Shown: piece by piece, positions 25,493-33,777 of the stretch
Position numbering within the stretch: position 1 is the stretch's first letter
How the letters are laid out: each line of letters starts with the position of its first letter
Assembly (NCBI GenBank): GCA_946006895.1
Contig: CAMFZO010000001.1
Span: 1 to 33,777, forward strand
Length of the DNA stretch: 33,777 bases
Direction: 5' to 3'
From: an uncultured Clostridia bacterium
GTDB lineage: Bacteria; Bacillota; Clostridia; Oscillospirales; Oscillospiraceae
Position numbers and translations under genes: made by a program
Notes under the pieces: model-generated
The model's database searches: none
What the model saw: only the letters and a program-made list of their open reading frames with translations
What the model was told of the DNA's origin: nothing

Positions 25493-28400
25493 TTGCGAGA
25501 CATACGAAAAAAGAGAATTCTGCTGCTGACGGCTGCTATGGTCGTGCTGGCAATTTGCCTGACAGCGGCGTTTCTTCTTTCTGACGGACTGGAAAGCCAC
25601 GACGAAGGCAGCAGCTTTGCCATCCATATGACGGAGATCATGGGCTCCAACAGCGCGTATCCCGGCCCAGACGGTAAGTATTACGATTGGGTGGAGCTGC
25701 ACAATAGCGCCAACGCCTCCATCGACATTTCCGGCTATCATCTGACGGACAATGACCGGGCGGTAAAATACACCGTTCCCGGCGGCACCGTGCTGCCCGC
25801 GGGCGGATATTATGTCGTCTGGTGCGACGCCGGCGCCCCTGACGGGTCTGATCTCGCCGGTTTTTCCATCTCCCGCGACGGCGGCGAGGTGCTCTACCTG
25901 ATGAACACTAAAAATGTGGTGGTGGACACGGCCTACACTGTCTCCATGGAGCGCAACCAACCCATGGTGTTCAGCGCCGGCGGCTGGAGCTTGGGCAGCT
26001 TTGCAACTCCCGGCTTTGCCAACAACGCAGCGGGCTACGAGGCATACCGGAACAGCCGCAGCGCCGACAGCTTCCCCGTGGAGCTGAGCGAGATTGTCGC
26101 CTCCAATCGTCTCTATCCCGCGCCCGACGGCGGCTATTATGATTTCATTGAACTGCACAACACCGGCACCGATCCGGTGGCCCTCTCCGGCTGCCGCCTG
26201 TCCGATACGGACGGCGAGGCAAAATTTACCCTGCCGGATGACCTGGTACTGCCGTCGGACGGCTATTATGTGGTCTGGTGCGGCGGAGAAACGGGGGCCA
26301 ACTTCAGCCTTTCCCGTGATGGCGGAGAGGTCGTTTGCCTGCAAAGCCCCAGCGGAGAGCTGCTCGACCGGGTGGAGCTTCCGACGTTGGGCCAGAACGA
26401 AGCCTATGTACGCAGAGCACAGGAGGCCTGGCAGATCGAGACCCGTGCGACTCCCGGCTATTCCAATGACGACAGCGGCTACGCCCGGTACGTCGCCTCC
26501 TTCGGTTTGGATGACTGCGGTCTGGTGCTCAGCGAGATCATGACGAACAACCGCGGCTGCCTGTGCGACGGTGATGGCGATTTCGGAGACTGGGCCGAGC
26601 TTTACAACGGTGGCAGCGCGGCGGTGAATCTGACCGGCTGGTATTTGACCGACGATCCGACGGAGCCGCAGAAATGGGCGTTCCCGGCCATGACGTTGGA
26701 GCCGGGAGAATACCTGCTGGTCTTCTGCGACGGAAAGGACCGCACCGGTGCGGAGCTGCACACCAGCTTTTCCCTCTCCGCCAGCGGCGAGAGCCTGTGC
26801 CTGGTGACGCCCATCGGTTCGACGGCGGATCAGGTGGAGCTTCCCGCCCTGAGCGCAGACCGCGCTTTTCTTCGCAACGACGACGGGAGCTTCTCCGTCA
26901 CCGACGCGCCGACACCCGGCTATCCCAACACCGACGAGGGGAGAAAGGCTCTGCGGAAGACCGGGGCCCACGGCGCTCTGGTCATCAACGAGGCCATGAC
27001 CGCCAACGACCGCTATCTGGCCCAGTCCGTCGGCGAATACCCCGATTGGGCGGAGCTGAAAAACACCTCCGATGCGCCTGTTTCCCTGTCCGGCTGGAGC
27101 CTGACGGACCGCAGCGACGACAAACAAAAATACCTCCTGCCAGATGTGACCCTGCAGCCGGGAGAGACGTATCTGATCCTGTTTTCCACGGAGATGCTGG
27201 GCTATTCCGCCTATCCCGTGGCGCCCTTCAGCCTCAGCGCCGAGGAGGACTGGCTCCTCCTCTATGACCCGGAGGGCGGGCTTTCCGACTACATCCATCT
27301 GTATCAGATCCCCTACGGCTGCAGCATGGGCCGCGATGACGAGGGCCAGTGCTACTTTGCAGAGCCGACGCCCGGCTGGGAGAACTCCGGCGGCGAACCG
27401 GGGATCTCCGCCGCGCCCACGGCTTCCGTTGTACCCGGCATCTATAACGGAACGGAGCCTCTGACCGTGGCGCTGTCGGCCCCCGGTGAGATCTACTACA
27501 CCCTGGACGGCAGCCTCCCTACGACGGCCTCCGCGCACTATGAAGCGCCGCTGACGCTGAGCTCGACCACGGTCCTGCGGGCGGTCTGCGTGGAGGAGGG
27601 CTGCCTGCCCGGCGACGTGGTCTCTCTGAGCTATATCATCAACGAGGGACACACCCTCCCTGTCCTCAGTCTGACGGCGGATTACGGCGATATTTTCGGC
27701 GGCAACGGCATCTATGTCAACTATTACAAGGATTGGGAGGTCTATGCCAACCTGTCCTATTACGATCAGTCCGGCGGCTCCTTTTCCATCGACTGCGGCC
27801 TGAAGCTGTACGGCTCCATGAGCCGCCAGACCAACGCAAAAAAGAATTTCAAGGTGGTATTCCGGCCGCGCTACGGGCAGAAAACTCTGGAATACGACCT
27901 GTTCGACGACTGCGATGTGACCTCTTTTTCCTCTCTGGTGCTTCGGGCGGGGCAGGATTACCCCCTGGCGCTCATGCGGGAGGAGCTGATGACCTCCCTG
28001 GCCGACGACGCCTCCGACAGCGTCCTGACCCAGCATTTCCGCTATTGCGTCCTCTACATCAACGGTCAGTATTTCGGCATCTACTGCCTGAAGGAGGCCT
28101 ATTCCCCGGAATACTACGCGGCTCACTTCAACGTATCGCCCGAGAGCGTTACGGTCCTGCGGGTCATCAACGTAGCCGCCTCCAACGCCAACCTCTATCC
28201 CCTCATGTGCTATGCCCAGAGTCATGATCTGACGCAGCAGGAAGAATTTGACTACATCGCTGATAATGTGGATTTGGAGAGCCTGGCTGACTGGGTGATT
28301 CTGCAGGCCTACAGCGGCAACAGCGATATTCTCAACAACGTGCGCTACCTGATGAGCACGGAAGACGACGGCAAGTGGCGCTACGCCTTCTACGATCAGG

Positions 28401-28786
28401 ACTGGACCTTCCTGACCCATGGGAACATCACCCGGACGGCGCTGAATTCCGAAACGCAGTACGGCATGATCCCCCGGGCCGTGCTGAAAAACAAGGACTA
28501 TCAGGACTATTTCCTCAAGCGCCTGGCTTACCAGTTGGAAAACACCCTCTCCGATGAAAACGTCCTTGCCCGCATCGACGAGCTGCAGGAGATCCTGCGG
28601 CCGGAAATGGAGCGGGAACGGGCGCGCTGGGGAGGAAGCGTCAGCAGTTGGGAGTATTCCGTGGACAAGCTCCGCTCTTTCGTTACGGATCGCAGCCGCA
28701 GCAGGGAACTGATCGATGATTTTTCCCTCTACTTCGGCCTGACCGAAGCGGAAAAGGAAGCCTATTTCGGGGGGCTGCTGCCATGA
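25493..28786 (+). CDS. exported CotH-family kinase with four lamin-tail domains and a chitobiase/Fn3-associated domain
   Basis: N-terminal basic plus hydrophobic anchor; 4x (EI..N...DW.EL.N.....SG..LTD...TPG..N); IYYTLDGSLPT; CotH motifs K..G..S....KKNFK, LYINGQYFGIY.LKE, NSD..NN, KW....YDQD. TTG start at 25493 behind ggaggg (ATG 25460 overlaps the -10). Confidence 0.88.
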   Translation: MRDIRKKRILLLTAAMVVLAICLTAAFLLSDGLESHDEGSSFAIHMTEIMGSNSAYPGPDGKYYDWVELHNSANASIDISGYHLTDNDRAVKYTVPGGTVLPAGGYYVVWCDAGAPDGSDLAGFSISRDGGEVLYLMNTKNVVVDTAYTVSMERNQPMVFSAGGWSLGSFATPGFANNAAGYEAYRNSRSADSFPVELSEIVASNRLYPAPDGGYYDFIELHNTGTDPVALSGCRLSDTDGEAKFTLPDDLVLPSDGYYVVWCGGETGANFSLSRDGGEVVCLQSPSGELLDRVELPTLGQNEAYVRRAQEAWQIETRATPGYSNDDSGYARYVASFGLDDCGLVLSEIMTNNRGCLCDGDGDFGDWAELYNGGSAAVNLTGWYLTDDPTEPQKWAFPAMTLEPGEYLLVFCDGKDRTGAELHTSFSLSASGESLCLVTPIGSTADQVELPALSADRAFLRNDDGSFSVTDAPTPGYPNTDEGRKALRKTGAHGALVINEAMTANDRYLAQSVGEYPDWAELKNTSDAPVSLSGWSLTDRSDDKQKYLLPDVTLQPGETYLILFSTEMLGYSAYPVAPFSLSAEEDWLLLYDPEGGLSDYIHLYQIPYGCSMGRDDEGQCYFAEPTPGWENSGGEPGISAAPTASVVPGIYNGTEPLTVALSAPGEIYYTLDGSLPTTASAHYEAPLTLSSTTVLRAVCVEEGCLPGDVVSLSYIINEGHTLPVLSLTADYGDIFGGNGIYVNYYKDWEVYANLSYYDQSGGSFSIDCGLKLYGSMSRQTNAKKNFKVVFRPRYGQKTLEYDLFDDCDVTSFSSLVLRAGQDYPLALMREELMTSLADDASDSVLTQHFRYCVLYINGQYFGIYCLKEAYSPEYYAAHFNVSPESVTVLRVINVAASNANLYPLMCYAQSHDLTQQEEFDYIADNVDLESLADWVILQAYSGNSDILNNVRYLMSTEDDGKWRYAFYDQDWTFLTHGNITRTALNSETQYGMIPRAVLKNKDYQDYFLKRLAYQLENTLSDENVLARIDELQEILRPEMERERARWGGSVSSWEYSVDKLRSFVTDRSRSRELIDDFSLYFGLTEAEKEAYFGGLLP

Positions 28787-29463
28787 GCGCTATGCGATAT
28801 GAACTGAAATACGAGGTAAACGAGGCGGTGCTGCCCCTCCTGCGGGCAAGACTTCGGGCAGTGATGCAGCCGGACAGGCACAGCGGCCCGGAAGGCTACC
28901 TGGTTCGCAGCCTCTACTTTGACGATGTGGACAGCTCCGCCTACCGGGACAAGCTGAACGGCCACTTGGAGCGAAGCAAGCTGCGTTTACGCTATTACAA
29001 CGGCGATGAAAGCTATATCGTCCTGGAAAACAAGGAGAAGCTGGGCCAGATGACCCGCAAGACCGCCCAAAAGGTGAGCCGGGAAACGGCGTTGGCCATG
29101 GTGAACGGCGACCGGGCGCGGTGCATAGAGGCAAGAGGCCCGGTCATGGACCAGTTTCTGACACGGGGTGGGACCCGGATCCTCAAGCCCCGGGTCCTGG
29201 TGGACTACCGGCGCACGGCCTTTGTCCATCCCGTTTCCAACGTGCGCATCACCCTGGACGAAAAGGTCTCCACGGGCCTTTACCGGACGGACCTTTTCGA
29301 CCGGGAGGCGGCGCGTCTGCCGGCTTTGGACCGGGGAAGGGCGGTGCTGGAGGTCAAATTCGACCGGTTCCTGCCGCCCCACCTGGACGATGCTCTGCGG
29401 GACATCCCTATGGTCCGCCTGGCTGTATCAAAATATGTAAAATGTCTCGGCGTACTGGAATAA
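28783..29463 (+). CDS. VTC-domain (polyphosphate polymerase domain, CYTH/TTM superfamily) protein
   Basis: RYELKY, RSLYFD, RSKLRLRYY, LENKEK, YRRTAF, RITLD, LEVKF and SKY motifs; ATGA overlap with the CotH gene. Confidence 0.9.
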   Translation: MSAMRYELKYEVNEAVLPLLRARLRAVMQPDRHSGPEGYLVRSLYFDDVDSSAYRDKLNGHLERSKLRLRYYNGDESYIVLENKEKLGQMTRKTAQKVSRETALAMVNGDRARCIEARGPVMDQFLTRGGTRILKPRVLVDYRRTAFVHPVSNVRITLDEKVSTGLYRTDLFDREAARLPALDRGRAVLEVKFDRFLPPHLDDALRDIPMVRLAVSKYVKCLGVLE

Positions 29464-29486
29464 GCGCCGGGAAAGGAGAATAAGCT

Positions 29487-30149
29487 ATGAGAGATCTGCA
29501 AAGCCTGTTTCTGGAGGAATTTTCCGCTATCTCCGTGGGAGAACTGCTGACGGCGGTACTGCTGTCTTTCTTCCTGGGGCTGTTCATCGTGGCGGTCTAC
29601 CGGGTGACCTACTCCGGCGTCCTGTTTCAGAAGAGCTTCGCCCTGGGACTGGTGCTGCTCTCCATGGTCACCTCCCTGGTGATCCTGACCATTTCCTCCA
29701 ATGTGGTGCTGTCGCTGGGCATGGTGGGCGCTTTGTCCATCGTCCGTTTCCGCACCGCAGTCAAGGAGCCGATGGATACGATCTTCATGTTCTGGGCCAT
29801 CGTGGCGGGCATCATCACCGGCGCGGGCTATGTGCCTGTGGCCATCATTGCCACGCTTCTCATCGGTGTTTTGTTCCTCGGCCTGAGCTTTGCCGGAGTC
29901 CGCTTCCGTTCCAGCGCCTATCTGGCGGTGGTGCGTTATAACGCGGCGTCAGATGAGACCGTGAACAGCGCGCTGCGGCTGCTGCCCAAGTATAAGCTCC
30001 GCTCTAAAAATATGGTGGGCGACGCTTTTGAAATGGTGCTGGAGCTGAAGCTGACGGAGGCACAGAGAAAGCAGGTGGAGGCTTTGCGCTCGGTAGAGGG
30101 CGTGCAGGAGGTCAACATTTTGAGCTACAACGGCGGTACCACCCTTTAG
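29487..30149 (+). CDS. DUF4956 family membrane protein
   Basis: SLGMVGALSIVRFRTAVKEP.D..F.FW signature; about 5 hydrophobic segments plus a small soluble C-terminal domain. Confidence 0.88.
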   Translation: MRDLQSLFLEEFSAISVGELLTAVLLSFFLGLFIVAVYRVTYSGVLFQKSFALGLVLLSMVTSLVILTISSNVVLSLGMVGALSIVRFRTAVKEPMDTIFMFWAIVAGIITGAGYVPVAIIATLLIGVLFLGLSFAGVRFRSSAYLAVVRYNAASDETVNSALRLLPKYKLRSKNMVGDAFEMVLELKLTEAQRKQVEALRSVEGVQEVNILSYNGGTTL

Positions 30150-30160
30150 CTAATTACCGC

Positions 30161-30189
30161 TTGACAAAACGCTGCCGCATGTTTATGAT
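30161..30189 (+). promoter_or_regulatory. sigma-A promoter
   Basis: TTGACA(30161-30166)-17-TATGAT(30184-30189). Confidence 0.8.
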
Positions 30190-30221
30190 AATACTATTAC
30201 AACAGAAAGAGAGGAAGCCTT

Positions 30222-30791
30222 ATGGAGAATTACAACCAGACAGAGCTGCTGGGCGGCACCCCCGAAAACGGAGCCACGCCGGAACCCGTCCCTGCTCCCG
30301 CACCGCAGCCTGATTTTGCGCCCAACGCCCCTCAGTACGGCGCTGACCCCAACGGCTATGCGCCCGCACCGGAAGCTCCCAACCCCTACATCCCCAACAA
30401 CGCCTACAACCCGAATCAACCCTATAGCCCTAACAACGGCTACAATCCCAATGGCTATTACTACAATACCCCTGCCCAGTACAATCAGCCGATATACCAG
30501 CAGCCGGTTCAGCAGCCGGAGAAACAGCCTGGCAGCGGTTTGGCGACTGCGTCCCTGGTGCTGGGCATTTTGTCCCTGATCCTGTTCATGTTCCCCTTTA
30601 TCCCCAGTATCCTGGCCATCATCTTCGGCGGCGTTGCCAAGTCCAAGGGCAACAAGAGCGGCATGGCCACGGCGGGTCTTGTCTGCGGCATTATTTCCCT
30701 CGTTTTCTGGGTCCTCCTTATTGTGCTGAGCATTTCCGCTGCCTCCTTTGCCACTTCCGCTTCCGAATTCCTCCCGTCTATCATATATTGA
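30222..30791 (+). CDS. DUF4190-like membrane protein with P/N/Y/Q-rich low-complexity N-terminus
   Basis: GLATASLVLGILS...AIIFG...GMATAGLVCGII helical-hairpin motif; YNPN-type repeats. Confidence 0.8.
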   Translation: MENYNQTELLGGTPENGATPEPVPAPAPQPDFAPNAPQYGADPNGYAPAPEAPNPYIPNNAYNPNQPYSPNNGYNPNGYYYNTPAQYNQPIYQQPVQQPEKQPGSGLATASLVLGILSLILFMFPFIPSILAIIFGGVAKSKGNKSGMATAGLVCGIISLVFWVLLIVLSISAASFATSASEFLPSIIY

Positions 30792-30802
30792 TGTACAAAA
30801 AC

Positions 30803-30836
30803 ACACGGCACACTGCTTCATCGCGGTGTGCCGTGT
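30803..30836. terminator. bidirectional terminator
   Basis: acacggcacactgc-ttcatc-gcggtgtgccgtgt between convergent genes. Confidence 0.75.
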
Positions 30837-30846
30837 TGCTGTATAC

Positions 30847-33057
30847 TTATGTGATGAGGCGTCGGGCAAGAGCTTCGTTTTCGGCAGACAGACGGCGCAG
30901 GCGCTGGATGTTCTCCGATTCAAAGGGCTCTTCCGCCATGGCCGCGTCGATCAGGTCTGCCAGCGTGCCCAGGTTGACCTCCTGCAGGGGCAGGTAGAGG
31001 TCCTGACCCAGATAGTCCAGAAAGCCGCTGACCTTGGGGTCATAGACGATACCTACCATGGGAACGCCCTGCCCCGAGGCGAAGATCAGCGTGTGCAGGC
31101 GCATGGACACCACCAGGGACATCCGACGCACCAGAGCCAGAATTTCCGCGCCGTTGGTCCCGGCGCTCAAAACCAGATGGGGGCAGCGGATCTTCTCCGC
31201 GACGGCCCTGACCGCTGCCTCATCCCGGGCAGGCTCCATTGCGTAGAGCAGAGGAATGAGGCCGTACTCCCGGTGCAGATACTCCGCCGTTGCGGCAAAG
31301 GCACCGATCTTTTCCGTGAAGCCCTCCCAGGGCCGCAGGGCGATCATGGCGTAGGATTTGCCCTCTACCAGACCGCTGCGGCGCAGATAGGAACGCAGCT
31401 CGTCGGTATCCGGCGGGTCGATGAGGAGGGCCGGGTCGGCGTTGAGGTGGATTTCCGGCTCCGTCACGCCAAGCTGATGCAGGGTGTCGATGGAGTAGCG
31501 GTCCCGGACGGAGATGATATGGGCGCAGCGGTTCAAAACCTTTTCCGTCCGTTTCTGGTTCCGCGCCCGGGAGATGGGACCGACGCCGCAGCCATAGAGC
31601 ATGACCTTGCAGCCGCAGCGGTGGGCCTGCCGGATGCTGAACAGGTAGTACAGCAGAGAGCGGGTGCTGGTGGCATCCTGCATCAGGGTGCCGCCGCCGC
31701 TGATATAGAGCTTGGTGCGGCGCAGAAGACGCCCGATTTTAAATACGGAGAAGGTATACACCGCGTCGATGCCAGCACAGAGCTTGGTCTCCATGGGGTC
31801 GCGGCTCAGGGCGGTGATGGGAAGGTCCGGGTCGATATGGTGGAGCTGCTCCACGATGGCGTTCAGTATGGCATTATCGCCGCTGTTGCCCTTGCCGTAG
31901 GCACCGCAGATGACCACGCCGTCCCGCAGTCCGACAGGGCGCTTGGCCCGGCGGATGATAGTCTCATAGATGGTTTTCTGCTTGCTGACCATGGCGTCCA
32001 GGGAAAAGTCCCGGCGAGTCTTTTCACAGAGCTTTTCACCCATGGCGAGACGCTCCTCCCGGTGACGGGCGAAATAGACCATATGGGCGGTCAGCTTTGC
32101 AACGTCACGCGGCTCAAACAGCAGACCGTTGAAGCCGTCGTCGATGAGATAGGGGACGCCTCCGACCCGGGAGGAAATGGTGGCGCAGCGCATCCTCGCG
32201 CCCTCAGTCAGCGCGTAGGGGAAGGTCTCTGACAGGGAGGTCAGAACGTTGACGTCCAGGGCGTTGTAGAAGCTGTCGATCTGCTGCACCCAGCCGGCAA
32301 AGCACACCGTTCCGGCCGGACACAGCTCCCGCGCCAGAGCGCGGATCTCTGCCTCCTGTTCGCCGTCGCCGGCGATGACCAGACGGATGTTGGGGCATTC
32401 CTCCACGGCGGCGGCAAAGGCGCGGATCAGCGTCGTCATGTCCTTGACCGGGTTGATGCGGGCGGCAATGCCGAAGACTACCGTGTCCTCCTCCACGCTC
32501 AAGCCTATGCTTTTCAGATACTCGGCCCGGGGAATGATCTCCAGCTGGCGGGAAAAGTCCACGCCGTTATAGAGCGTATAGACCCGCTGCGGGTCAAAGC
32601 CCCGGGAGATGAGCAGATTGGTCATGCCTGCCGATACGCCCACCCAGGCGTCAAAGCGCCGCAGGGCGATTTTGTTGATGTTGCCGTAGGTCAGAGCGGC
32701 CATGGGTCTGCCCAGATAGTCCAGCCGGTAGTCGCTGTGAATGGTGGAGATCACCGGCACACCGGCTTTTTTCCGCAGGAGCATCCCCATCATATTGGCC
32801 CGCGCACCGTGGCAGTGGATGACCTGGTAGCCGTCGTGGCGGATCATGGCCAGGATCCGTTTTCCCGTGCGGAGCAGACTGGCGTCGGCAATGACCGTGG
32901 TGGGGATGCCCAACTGGCGGGCCTCGTCGGCGAAAGGCCCTTCGGTAAAACAGATGAGGTGGACGGTTTCGGTTTTGTTCAGCCCGGCCAGAAGGGAGAG
33001 CACGTGGGTCTTTGCGCCGCCTACGTCACCGCCGGAGATCATGTGGATGATTTTCAT
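30847..33057 (-). CDS. csaB: GT4 glycosyltransferase fused to polysaccharide pyruvyltransferase CsaB
   Basis: N-half is GT-B/GT4 (GGAKTH, HCHG, YNGVD, ARINPVKD, ETFPYALTE); C-half has GAYGKGNSGDNAI, GGGTLMQDATSTRSLLYY, SVRD, MRLH and YDPKV. Confidence 0.9.
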   Translation of the reverse strand: MKIIHMISGGDVGGAKTHVLSLLAGLNKTETVHLICFTEGPFADEARQLGIPTTVIADASLLRTGKRILAMIRHDGYQVIHCHGARANMMGMLLRKKAGVPVISTIHSDYRLDYLGRPMAALTYGNINKIALRRFDAWVGVSAGMTNLLISRGFDPQRVYTLYNGVDFSRQLEIIPRAEYLKSIGLSVEEDTVVFGIAARINPVKDMTTLIRAFAAAVEECPNIRLVIAGDGEQEAEIRALARELCPAGTVCFAGWVQQIDSFYNALDVNVLTSLSETFPYALTEGARMRCATISSRVGGVPYLIDDGFNGLLFEPRDVAKLTAHMVYFARHREERLAMGEKLCEKTRRDFSLDAMVSKQKTIYETIIRRAKRPVGLRDGVVICGAYGKGNSGDNAILNAIVEQLHHIDPDLPITALSRDPMETKLCAGIDAVYTFSVFKIGRLLRRTKLYISGGGTLMQDATSTRSLLYYLFSIRQAHRCGCKVMLYGCGVGPISRARNQKRTEKVLNRCAHIISVRDRYSIDTLHQLGVTEPEIHLNADPALLIDPPDTDELRSYLRRSGLVEGKSYAMIALRPWEGFTEKIGAFAATAEYLHREYGLIPLLYAMEPARDEAAVRAVAEKIRCPHLVLSAGTNGAEILALVRRMSLVVSMRLHTLIFASGQGVPMVGIVYDPKVSGFLDYLGQDLYLPLQEVNLGTLADLIDAAMAEEPFESENIQRLRRLSAENEALARRLIT

Positions 33058-33082
33058 AAGTCAGACCTCGGAGAATATCCTC

Positions 33083-33191
33083 TTGAATTTCTGCTGCATA
33101 TCTACTATAATTATGATAAAAACTGTCGGCTCAGCCGATATGCGACTGATCCGGCAGCCATTATTATAATACTTTTTCCGTTAAGAAGCAA
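33083..33191. promoter_or_regulatory. face-to-face sigma-A promoters for DUF4330 (+) and csaB (-)
   Basis: Plus: TTGAAT(33083-33088)-17-TATAAT(33106-33111). Minus: TTGCTT(33191-33186)-17-TATAAT(33168-33163). Confidence 0.6.
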
Positions 33192-33212
33192 CGAGAATTA
33201 CAGGAGGAAACT

Positions 33213-33704
33213 ATGAAATTATTCGGAAAAGGCGGAAAACTGAACGTGATTGACATGATTGTCATTCTGATTCTGGTCGCCGCACTGGCCTTCGCGGCCT
33301 ACAAGCTCCTGGGGCCGGATACGGAAGCCCTGGACGCCAACGGCTCTCTGTCCGCTCCCAACATCCGTTTCCAGGTGCTCTGCGAGGACGTTCCCGTGGC
33401 CCTGGCGGACAGCATCGTCTCCAGCCTGTCCTCTGAGGCGACGGTGGTCGACGGGGTCACCGTTCCGATGAACCGGATGTATAACAGCAACAAGCTGGTG
33501 GACGCCCAGATCACCGCCTGGGATATTCAGGCAGACGGTGAGGGCCGTGCCGACCTGTATCTGACTGTGGAGGCTGCGGCCACCGTGACCGGCGGGGCCT
33601 ACTCCATTGTCACCCAGGAGGTCCGGCTGGCTAAGGAGTATATCGTGAAGACCGTGGATGTGGAAATCACCGGCGTGATCTTCAGCGTGGAGAAGCTGGG
33701 ATGA
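33213..33704 (+). CDS. DUF4330-like membrane-anchored protein
   Basis: G.LNVID..VILIL N-terminal anchor and C-terminal QEVR.....VKT....G.I pattern; RBS aggagg. Confidence 0.65.
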   Translation: MKLFGKGGKLNVIDMIVILILVAALAFAAYKLLGPDTEALDANGSLSAPNIRFQVLCEDVPVALADSIVSSLSSEATVVDGVTVPMNRMYNSNKLVDAQITAWDIQADGEGRADLYLTVEAAATVTGGAYSIVTQEVRLAKEYIVKTVDVEITGVIFSVEKLG

Positions 33705-33731
33705 ACGAGCTTCTGACCACCTCCTTCCTCT

Positions 33732-33777
33732 CTGTCTCTTATACACATCTCCGAGCCCACGAGACGTAGAGGAATCT
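33732..33777 (+). other. Illumina Nextera adapter read-through (technical artefact)
   Basis: CTGTCTCTTATACACATCT (Tn5 mosaic end) + CCGAGCCCACGAGAC + 8-nt index GTAGAGGA + ATCT. Confidence 0.99.

Noticed and set aside
25361-28420. 1019-aa minus-strand ORF
   Set aside because: Codon-register antisense shadow of the CotH gene; no motifs, while the plus strand has clear domains.
33732-33750. Tn5/IS50 transposon end
   Set aside because: Followed by the Nextera primer and index, so it is library adapter rather than a genomic mobile element.

Overview
GC-rich (roughly 60%) chromosomal fragment of a spore-forming Clostridia-class Firmicute, probably Oscillospiraceae-like (inferred from gene content and style). 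It looks like an assembly contig because it ends in unremoved Nextera adapter. The left two-thirds is mostly housekeeping and sporulation: 3' end of gap, abrB, spmA-spmB, an AraC regulator with a nucleotidyltransferase, CBS-type Mn pyrophosphatase, a cytidylate-kinase-like protein, thioredoxin, an ACT-less aspartate kinase, a ComEC-like MBL hydrolase, infC-rpmI-rplT with L20 leader and a probable ATC start, a lipoprotein, murI, a putative Mn transporter, a DUF4015-like protein, prmA, ymfF-ymfH-lgt, and a His-rich protein with CooT. The right third is a cell-envelope cluster: BlaI - BlaR1-like M56 - LRR/SLH surface protein, divergent from a CotH kinase (4 lamin-tail domains) - VTC polyphosphate-polymerase-domain - DUF4956 operon, then DUF4190, a GT4-CsaB fusion and DUF4330. 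The best candidate for an uncharacterised system is CotH-VTC-DUF4956, a hypothetical polyphosphate synthesis/export route feeding a surface kinase. Signals missed by the ORF track: a 216-bp multi-hairpin element bounded by ATACT...AGTAT, a group IIC intron 5' remnant directly after a terminator, an orphan SLH mini-ORF, a candidate sRNA of about 75 nt, a BlaI operator, and face-to-face promoters at csaB. All family calls come from motif recognition by eye; no database searches were run.
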